Below are positions 12,531-23,180 of a stretch of DNA of 64,000 nt, one piece after another. Position 1 is the stretch's first letter. Every line of letters starts with the position of its first letter. This DNA comes from Antedon mediterranea (taxonomy: Eukaryota; Animalia; Echinodermata): positions 25,184,070-25,248,069 of the forward strand of contig NC_092671.1 in NCBI RefSeq assembly GCF_964355755.1, in the 5' to 3' direction. Under the pieces are notes generated by a model. The model saw nothing but the letters and a program-made list of their open reading frames with translations. It made no database searches and had not been told where the DNA came from. A program made the translations under genes and the position numbers.

Positions 12531-14259
12531 TACAGTATATTTAGAGGATCTTGTTATTTTACACTCTCCCATCGGAACTCATTCTAAAACCAACCACTTG
12601 ACGGCTACTGAAACCCCACTGAACGGCACTCCTGGTGAGAACCCTAAAGTGTACTATCAATTGGTCAAATTTTAAAAATCGATTGGGCTAGATGAAATAT
12701 TAAATTCCGGTTGAAACAAGAGCAGTCATGAACGCAGTTTTACAGAAAATCTTGCTCACAACTTATCGACTTGAAAGCTACTACTGCTTGTGATCTGTCA
12801 TCAGACTTGTGAACAAGATTTGATTTATGAAATTGTAATTTTTAATTGTAATAAATAAAATGGTCTCATTCAAAAATGTTAACATAATATTGTATACTTT
12901 ATTATACTCGATTTACTTTATAAATTTCTAATAATTTTATTTTAATGAATTGAGATATTTACATTTCTAATTAAACATTATATCACTTTTGATTTTAATA
13001 TACACAATAAATAATTACAACAGAACCCCTATAAAGGCACACATTCATGACCCAACAAAGTGTGCCAACACCCCCCGCCTCCCATCCCTTAATAGGAGTT
13101 GGCTACAGTAAGTGATAACAATATAAACTGTTCACTTTGAAGAAAAGTCTCCCCTAGGTTTTATCAAATGAGGAAATCTACTGTACTGTGTATATCTAAC
13201 AATATCAATCAATCAATAAACATTATGAACACAAATGATCAACATTTCTTTAAAAAGTAATTGTAATAATAAGTACAATACAGTATGCATGCATTAAAAA
13301 TTAATTTTTTTAAAATTTGATTGACAGTTATATTTGGCCATTTGACCACCTGATCGCATTGCATTTTGAGTAAACGTTTTTTGTTAATGAAAAAACATTT
13401 AAACTGATATATTTGTAAGCAAACATTTAGTAGAATAATATTTATAAAAAAAAAAATGGTTCATTCGTCCCTACATGCAGTCAAAAACAGGTCATAAGAT
13501 TTGAAACAGGCCTGACTATCAATTGGTTTGGTTTACAAACAAAATGAATATATACAGCAGATTTATAGTTTGAAAGCCTAAATTTCTCGGTTTGTTAAGT
13601 TTTAAAACTGTAATATTCTACCAACAAACAAGTATGTTTTTAGTACAAAGTGCAATCCAAGTGATGTTTAAATAGTCCACAAAGATATTAAAAAATCAAA
13701 CCAGATAAATAGTTTTCTTACATAATGAGAAGGTAGCCTATAATGTACATACAGTAAAGGCTTTTGTGCAGACTTCTGTTGTCAGACAAGAGCACCAACC
13801 GAAATTACTAGATGAAGATGATAGTTCAAATAATTGACAAAAGAATGAGTTAGAAAGAAGTTATTTGTTCTTTATATTGTTTCTTGCTTGTTGGTATAAC
13901 TGGGCATAACAGTGTTTTCCAAATAGCATGGTAAAATAGCAAAATTGCCATGTATTACATCAGTCTCAGATAGAGCATTACCAACAGGTTGTCGTCGTTA
14001 ATAAACACAAGAAAATCTCATACAGAAATCCTTGCCATTGGTGCAATCAAACTGTATTCTGTTAATAATAAACACTAGCTAATGTTGCTGTTTCAATGCA
14101 GTATAGCCGCATATGAAGTTATTATAAGAAACTTGTTATTAATTTTAAATACAGTGTTACTGTTAATAAACACAAGAAACTCTCACTGTTTTTCTTAGTG
14201 AAACCATTTCCACTGGTGCAGCCAAATCAGATTCTATCTAAATCAATGTTTGTATAAAT

Positions 14260-15306
14260 CTACAGCACTTGTTTTAATGGAATAGTCTCATTTGGCCCAA
14301 GAATGTCTTTTCCAAAATCAGGATCTTGTGAAGACTTAGAATTTGACCTTATGGTGGAATGTCTAATTGTTGTTGTTGTTGTTCGAAAGCTGGATGCTGG
14401 CTCATGTGCAAATCTCGAAAAACATGGCATAAACTTGACGCAACACCACATTTTCAACAAATTCTTTTTAAAATTTTGTCCAATGAATGTGTACAACACC
14501 GGATTTATTACACTATGAGAGAACAAAATGCCAACAACCACTGCATGAACATCTGGCTGAAGATCTGTAAAAGTTACAGCGATATAAAATGGTGAAAAGA
14601 GTATTACGAATGATAAAACTATAGAAATAGCAAGAATAAGCACACGTTTTGATGATTTCCGCGTTGTGTTGTTTTGTTCAATCTGTTGTGATGAAGCCAT
14701 GGCATACACAATCAGAACATAACAGAGGATAATTGCAATCAACGGTACTGCATAGTTCAAAGAAAACATGTAATACTTATAGTATTCATCGAACAATCTG
14801 ATTTGACAATAATTAATGCCTTCCCACTCCAGAATGTGTGTATGTACCCATATTGGTATGGAAACAATTCCTGAAGCTATAAAAGTTAGAAAACAAACAC
14901 ATTTTGCGGATTTTTTCGTACGGTAAACCTTCGAAGAAATGCAATGCACGATGGCGAAATACCTGTCAAGACTCAAAATAACAATAACATAAACAATGTT
15001 TAAATTCTTCCACAATTCCAAACCATGATAAACTACACAAAAAGTGTATGAAGGGCTAAAACAATAAAATGTTCTCCAAACGTTGTTACCAAAATAAAAT
15101 ACACCATTTATACAGTCCAGTACAGCCAGGTTGAAAATGAAAATATTTGGTATATTTTGCAAGTTTTTAAATTTTAAAATCATTACAATGATTATTAGGT
15201 TGAAGGCTATTGCAATAATAGATGCTGCATATTTAAAAATCAAGAGAGCATCAACCTCAATAGGACCGTCCGTTGAATTCTCAGCAATAGTATTATTATC
15301 AGCCAT
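14260..15306 (-). CDS. Class A (rhodopsin-like) GPCR, peptide-receptor type (somatostatin/allatostatin-C/opioid/galanin-like); single coding exon, about 348 aa
   Basis: Seven hydrophobic segments. Motifs PNIFIFNLAVLD (TM2), SLDRYFAIVH (TM3), ECL2 Cys (NYCQI), FSPFY (TM6), HSVINPVLY (NPxxY) and helix 8 FKKNLLKMWCC. N-glycosylation sites NNT and NST follow the likely start MADNN at 15306. Confidence 0.93.
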   Translation of the reverse strand: MADNNTIAENSTDGPIEVDALLIFKYAASIIAIAFNLIIIVMILKFKNLQNIPNIFIFNLAVLDCINGVFYFGNNVWRTFYCFSPSYTFCVVYHGLELWKNLNIVYVIVILSLDRYFAIVHCISSKVYRTKKSAKCVCFLTFIASGIVSIPIWVHTHILEWEGINYCQIRLFDEYYKYYMFSLNYAVPLIAIILCYVLIVYAMASSQQIEQNNTTRKSSKRVLILAISIVLSFVILFSPFYIAVTFTDLQPDVHAVVVGILFSHSVINPVLYTFIGQNFKKNLLKMWCCVKFMPCFSRFAHEPASSFRTTTTTIRHSTIRSNSKSSQDPDFGKDILGPNETIPLKQVL

Positions 15307-17058
15307 TTGAATACACTGACACACTAAAACAGAGTATAATTCAATAAACTTCTCAGACTGTCCTCTACAATCAAAGTTATAACTTCTTCTGATTCTGTTC
15401 AGTTTTCCTTGCATTTATATAGTCGTCAATTTAATCTCTTAACCAATGAGAAGCTTCCATTTCTGAACAAATCAAAATGACATTCTAGGGAAGTTCTCAT
15501 GTTTTTCTACATAAAATTAAGACTGATCTGTATGCATACAAAGTTCAGATCAGAAACCAACAATTAAACTTGGATAACAATTTAATTTAAACCACTTTAA
15601 TAATGAATCTCTTCCCAATCATAAACAAATTCACTGGGTCATAATCCCAGAGGTTTTTTTAGTTAGGTATAGTACACATTTTCACAACTGTATAATATTG
15701 AATTTGATGCGGGTTACAACCTAGCATGATTGCACCAAAAAGCTTTTCAGCATGACTGGGACATTCTTCATGGTTACATTTTATGCAATTTTATTGTTAG
15801 TTATGGAAGATTGTGTTAGAATTAGATAACAATCGTAGCTATATGTAGAGCATTGACACCAATTGGCTTAAAAGTAGATAAAGATGTTCAGAGTATGGTA
15901 AAATTCGGTAGAATTCTCTCAGAATATTACTATTAGACCTACATACATATTGAAAGTTGCTTTTGAATATACCTTTGGAACCCCTTATAAATAATTTATA
16001 TTCCGTTTTTCAATTCTATTATTGTTAAGATAAAGCCATGCATATTGTGTCGGCTCTTTTGGTGCTCCATAGAAACAAAAACACATTCTGGCACTTTAAC
16101 CTTGAGTATGCAAAACAGTGTGATAAAAACGTTCAAGCAATGTTAAGGATTTATATTACTTTTTATATGATTGTCCGTTTGAGGCCTAATTCTATGGTGT
16201 GCTATCCATGATAAAGTTAGTTAACACAAAATGACGCTATCTATTGATTGCCAATTTGAATTGCAAGATGGTTGTAGTGTTTCCCAAAGGGCATAATAAC
16301 GTATTGCGTTTAAGTCTTATGTTATATATTATATTTTTAACATCTATATCATCTCCATAATTTTGAAGTTAAATGCATTAGTTAATTATTATGGATAAAG
16401 AATTATTATTTCTATAATGTTGAACAATCTATTATGTAAACGATGGTTTATGAAAAAGAAACAAACCATGAACGCAGCAGTTATATTTACAAGATACTAA
16501 TATTCATGTCGGAACATGAGAGATTTTTTAAAATGAAATTTCCTGCAGAAGATAATGCATTATTGTATTCCTTAAATTTAAATTTAAATACATTAGTAAT
16601 TAAAGAATGAGAATTATTTCAATGGTTCTTAAAAGTGCATATGGGTCTAAAAACGTATTGTAATCGGTATACAATGTAAATCATTGTATAATATTAATTA
16701 TAATAATTTTGTTGTTTTTAACAATAATTGTATTGTTATTGGAATGGTAACCATCTGGTAACAGTACACTCAAGGAAGTAAAGAACTTCTTGAGCTACAT
16801 CTTTAATATCAATATTAAAATTTCATTACGTCAGTTTATTTCCTTATAAATTGTTCAGTTTCAATATTGAATATTATTGATTAAAGCATAGGTAGATACA
16901 TGGAGGACCCACCTCGGGCCCCTTATTTCTCATCCTAGTTTGTGGTACACCATCATCCTTAAAAGAGAAGTAAGCTGAGAATATCTCGAATACCATCCAA
17001 AACATTGATACATTCTTCCTTTTAAGAAATTAGGCTACATGGTGTATTGGAAACTATT

Positions 17059-18230
17059 TTAGACATTATTAAAGACATTGTTAATAAGAACACTTTTTTA
17101 ACATCAAACGAAATACTGGTGAAACTACAATGTAAAACAAACTGGTTAAATGAGTATTTGTGCATTATTAAGGCAATACCAATTCAATGGAAACGTATTA
17201 TTAAGGAGGTAGATATTTTCAATTGTGATGATAATGATGAATTAGTTGGGACCAAGTATGAGATTAATACTACCAAACTAATATACTCATGGTTTGGGAA
17301 AGAATATTTCATTATTCCAATGTCACAACTAAAATGGGAAGAGTACTTCAATGATAACAACATTGATTGGAAAACTTCTTGGTTACGGAAAGTATGTAAA
17401 ATGAAAGATAAGAAACTAGCACAATTCAATTATAAGATGTTAGATAGAATACTGCCTACCAACAAACGGCTGTATCAGTGGAAAGTTAAGGAAACACAAA
17501 CGTGTGACAAATGTGGAGAAATTAAAAATGAAAATCATTTGTTTTTTAGTTGTAGATTTATTCAGAAATATTGGAGGAAAATGCTTAGTATCTTTGTAAG
17601 TTTAAATCACAATAATATATCATTTAAACAATTAATACTAGGAACGGGAGATAAGCTAATAGATTATATTTACACTTTTGCAGCATTTACTATTTATAGA
17701 ATAAAAATGTTATCTTCACTAAATAAGCCAGTGGGTAAATCTTTATGGAATTCATTTAAAAGCAATATGTTATATAACATTGAATGTGAAACATATAACA
17801 ATAAAGAAACAAGTATAGAAAAATGGGTAGCTTTAAGAAATACGATTATGATAATATAATTTCTAATTTGATACGATTAACAGAAAAAGAATTACAGTGA
17901 TACGGGTTACTGGTGGTACTGAGCTATTATTGTTTTTTTTTATTATGTATATAAATATATTGTATAATCCGGGTTGTAAAATAAAAACAAACAAATGAAA
18001 ATGTGTGAACTATTTTAAAACGGGATAGATGATAATGGTGATCCTGTCAAGTGTATAACAAAATATAAGAAAATTAATGAAAAAAGGAGTAATACAGAAT
18101 TCATATATGTAAAAATGTTACTTATGAACTGTAACGACATTTACAAGTTAAATAATACGATTTTATGTAATATGAGATAATATGAATGTGACTAAAAGTG
18201 GTGTTTGCGCCACAAAAGAGAAAAAAAAAA
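17059..18230 (+). mobile_element. 5'-truncated L1/Tx1-clade LINE (ORF2 C-terminal zf-RVT region, 3' UTR, poly-A)
   Basis: ORF 17047-17859 contains AIPIQW, FNYKMLDRILPTN and the CCHC finger CDKCGEIKNENHLFFSC. A-tail at about 18213-18230. Absent from the paralogous site at about 5345. Confidence 0.88.
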
Positions 18231-18352
18231 ATTTTTTTTACTAATATTTAAAATGAAACAGAAGAATATAATACTACATTGCAGAACAGTCCAAATACAG
18301 ATGTGTATCGCATCATCTAATTCATAAATAATAGACAATAATAATTCAGTTT

Positions 18353-21300
18353 ATAAGGTGCACTATGCTAAAAGCAAATGAGCTTATCATTGAAAAGGAA
18401 AATGGCAGAGAAAAATATGGAGTTAAAAAGGTGAATTTTTAAACGTGCATTAAAATTATCAATTGAAGTTTCCTGTCAAATAGAGATAGGTAAACAATTC
18501 CAAGGGAAGAAATGGGCCCAAGGAAAAAATGAAAACCATAATGCATAGCGATGCTTTGTTGAAAGTATAAATTCTTAACCTTAAGTATGTTAAGAATTTT
18601 GCAACTTAAAGTATGTAGCGATATGTTCAGGTATTTTACATGTAACAAACTTCTACATTATTTGAATACAAAATGTAAATAAACATTGTAAAAATATTTA
18701 TTATGTCCAACCAAGTTTACTGTGTAAATCATGCTGTTTACATATTATTCTATCGTAAGCCTATCGTAGACCAGCACAGACAATGATAAATAAAAATAAC
18801 AAAATAATCACCGAAAACTTAATTTAGCAAAAAAATGCCTACATAGGAGTAACATTTACTTATTGTTTCTTTGATAAGAATACAGTCTGTAAAATTAAAA
18901 CACTGCAATTCATTTCAATGTGAAAACAAAATACTAATATTTAATATCTGATAAATGTTGTTGTTGGGATTAACAGTACAGTATATACATTTCGGTACCA
19001 ACGTTAAACCATAAGTAATAATTAATTATTACTCTATGGTTAAAGAAAAACAATATAAATATAAACAGTTCTATTATACAGTTAAATATTACTACTCTTA
19101 CTATACTATTTATTGCGCCATCAAATTTGCTCGATTTACAAAAAAAACCGCATGTCAAGGTTTGAAAATCTGTAAAGAAATAAGATAAAATGTGTCCCGA
19201 ATAACCTGGAGCCTACTTCAACGAAGGACTTGCAACTGGATGATAACACTGGTGGCTTGAACCCAACATCTTAATTATTATCGAAGTATCATGGAAAATT
19301 TCAAAATGCAATGTGACGATGTTTTTTACCCGAAGTTGTATATGTAACGGAAAATATTAATTCTGAAAAACGACACTTAAAAGATACAGTACAGGTGATT
19401 ATAGCACTTGTATATCAACTTATGGATCAATCAATCATTGCCTATCAATAGTAGCACAGTGATTTGCGATAAAAAAAAATTACACTATAGCTCTGCTATA
19501 CAATTAAGTAAATATTACAATTTCTAATACGCTAATGAACTAAAATTGTCTTGCGGTAGTGCATGAGTCATCTAGCCTAGTGTGTTGTAATCTCGATGAG
19601 TTAACACATTTTGCCACCCATGTCACCCTGATTCGTTTCAATTACGTAAGTCTGGAATTGGAACATTAAACAGAATGTTTCCTGTAGTATTTGTAGGTTC
19701 TTTCTGGCTGGTTTTCGGAGATGTTGGCATTCGTACAGCAGCGACGCTTTTTCTTCGAGTTTTCTCCTCGTCGTCTGCAGATTCGTCCAGAAGTGATTGC
19801 CGCCTGATGAATAATCCACTGCTCTTTCTGCGTGTTCTTGATGATGTTTGTGGGACGGGTAATGACATTTGTGGTGCTGTTGGTGACGACATTTGTGGAG
19901 GACGAGGCGTCAATGGTGAACGCGCTAATGACGAGATGTTGGGAGGGTTTGGTGTGGATGTGTGCCGTCGCCTGTGAACTTTCGACAAACTAGGAGAAGC
20001 AGCCATTGGTCTTGGAATATGTAATCCTTTTTGAGTGACAATTTCCCGAGGTGTCATGGGTCGAGAATTGTAGTCTGATTCTAATGACGTTTGTTTTCGT
20101 AAATTGCTCATGCTGTCTTTTCTCTGTGACGCTTCTTCCACTAATTCAACCATACTTGCATCTCTACGTGGTCGGTTCATTGGCGTTCCTGGTCGTGATG
20201 AAGGATTGGATTCAGGTGACAATTCTTCATCATAAAATAATTCTTCATCTTCACCATCACTCGAATAATACCCATTTCTTGATGATATTGGCATGTCCAT
20301 AGAGGAACTTCGCGTTGTCATAGAAGTTCTGGAAAAAGACCTTTTTGAAACTGGGCTTTGCATTTTTGCAAAGTCAATCCGTGGCTTGTGTTCGTTCGAC
20401 AGTTTAGTCGTGCTCCCTCCATTAAGTAACCCGTAAACGCGTTCAAGTTCATTTGTCAGTTTCATAATGACACCTAGGTCCTTACAGTGTTGCGCTTGTA
20501 ACTGTTGTTCAAAGTATGTAATTTCCTCCTGCAGTTTATCCTCGTAGTATTGAACAAGTTTCTTTTTCATACGCGCCATTTTGGACTTAAGCACCTTGGT
20601 GTCAACTGTTTCCTTTTCCTAAAAATAAACACATTTGAAAATGACATGACACTATTGGAAGGTTAGTGCAGGAGAATTTTATTGGCAGTTCATTAGATTC
20701 TCGGTGCTGTATCTAAAATTCTCCAGTATCACAAGATTATTTGGTTATATAACATCACATGTATTTCACATAAACCTAACCCTTGCATGATGCAGAGGAA
20801 CCACCTGATACGCCGTATTACCACATATATGTGGAGAAATACAACACAGAGAATCCTATGGTGGTACACGATGAACAGATTCGACAGGTTTGTTGTTATT
20901 TTTACGTTGTCTGTTTAAAATTGTATTGAAAGTAATGATATCTAATGCTGTACCGTCTTTGAGTGATTTCTTAACACTTCCATACAACCAGTATGACGCT
21001 GCTCGATAGCGTATTCTATCGGTGTTTTACCAACCTATAATTAAACAAGAAATATTTCTTACAAAAAACGCTGCTCGCTTATTGACGTAACAGTTTTAAA
21101 GATAATATTGTCCCTCTGGAAAATATTTGTTATTTCCAATTCTTTTTAATGTGTCATTTTATTGTCACATAATAGGCATTTTACCTGAAAAAATGTAATT
21201 TAAAGCAAAAAATACTTAAATTGTCTGTCAGACAATGGTTTTTGTGTTATAATTAAACGTTTCTTTTCTCTTTTTAAACGTGAAAAAATATTTTGTTACA

Positions 21301-23180
21301 GAAGTGAATAACTTTGATATGAAACACAGACTCAATTTCTGTCACTTTAGTTTATTTCATTGCTAAGGTCAAGCCTAGGGGGTCACTTCATCAGGCCTAG
21401 ATACTTCAAGTATCCTATTACAAACAAAAACTTTAATAGACTGTTTTGATTATCTGACAGCGAATTACAGTATTATAGTCAAATGGGACTTATAAATACC
21501 ACAAATGCGTTGGGATTTGTAATTTTAGCATGACATGTCCTAATAGACTCTTTTCCCAGACGTTTTTGGGTCCAGCAGCTGGGACCTATAAATTATAGTG
21601 GAGTGTCCATTTTAGCAAAAACGTCAGTGTCTAGTATTATAACTGCTGCTTGCTTTCAGCTAAAAATTAGTCATCTCTTGTGACGTAGCGGGCTAGAGCA
21701 GCAGCGTGAAAAACATATATAGGCCATAGCATACTGCACTTAATACAGAAATACAAGAAATTATTTGCCGCTCTTTTAAGGAATAATACATTTTAAAGGT
21801 GAAAATGCATTCACGGCGACGACGACGAGGTTTCACTTTATGATACGGTTAAAGAAAAAAACAACGGACAATTACCTGACTCTTAGCGTCCGGATCACAA
21901 CCTAGTCTTATTAAAAGTTTGACAACCTCTTCTTGTCCAGTCCACGATGCTATATGTAGAGCATTGACACCAATTGGCTTAAAAGTAGATAAAGATATTA
22001 AAACTATGGTAAAATTCGTTAGAATTCGCTCAAGAATAGTACTATTAGACCTATATACATATTGAAAGTTGATTTTGAATATACCTTTGGAACCCCTTAT
22101 GAATAATTGATATTCCGTTTTTTAATTGTATTATTCTTAAGATTGCCTAGACACTGCAGTGCTAGTGACATGTTTGTCATTAATGGCGTCCCATCTTTTG
22201 AGGATATCTAAGAAAATCTGTCTTTTCATTGTTACAGAGAATGTCAGCTACCAAAAGTGAACTGATAGACCTTATTATGGTATCATCATTTGAATCATCT
22301 ACGCTCCATAACAAAGATGAGATGATCTGATATCGGTGTTTTTTTGTGTCTGCCTTTTTTATTTAAACTTATTTATGCAATTGATTTTGTAACTATGGAC
22401 GTCCGTTTCCGAAATAAGGTAAAATGAATGAAATGAATGATTGAATGAATGCGATTATGTAAAATAAATAAACATTAAAATCAGCTGAATCGACCAATAG
22501 GTTAATTTCTCTCATAACAATGCTCATCCAATGATTACAATTCAACAAGAATACCGTATGAATTATTAGGAATTGATTTCTATGTTTTTATTCTGCATGT
22601 ATAAGGTGTACATAATAGGCCTACCTAATGCTACAAAATGTATTGTCAGAAATTATTAATACAAGTGGTTGATTACTGCACAAGAGTCTCCTAATATTAA
22701 AGAAAATGACTATGATGACTGCAGATTGTAAAATACCTTTATCACTTCATTTCCATCACACCCTGCGCCGACAAGGATTCTTGTTGCATCCGCGTTTCCA
22801 TTTCCAGCAGCGCACATTAAAGTAGTATATCCTTGCTATTATTATGAACAAAAATAAGCACATTAAATGATTAGACATTTGATAAGACGTTACATGCTTG
22901 TTATCTTTTCATGTGCGTTGTGAGGGAAAGTGAAATAGATGATACTAACATTACTGAAACAAGTACAAAAGTGTTGCTTTGCGTCAGGGTATTGAGTAAT
23001 TGGTCAGATATTTGCCCTACTCTGTCGTAATTTGTACTTTATACTAAGTACATTGGGAATACTTGCGAAAAAAGACGCAAGTAATTCTCGGGTGGAACTC
23101 CACAGTAGTTATTAACAATTACAATCCTGTTGGTGCAGTACCTGCTGCTTACCTGGACTCGAATCTAACCCCTAGCCATC
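18353..23180. repeat. Segmental duplication, copy C (carries intact exons 3-4)
   Basis: Collinear with copies A and B, and differs by element insertions and by retaining the 41-bp segment. Confidence 0.93.

Noticed and set aside
13018-13110. Tc1/pogo MITE remnant (similar fragments at about 63243-63365)
   Set aside because: Termini too degenerate to define TIRs or a TSD.
16895-16935. RT motif QG..GPLFLI (also about 5185-5222)
   Set aside because: Too short and degenerate, with no flanking RT homology that I can read.
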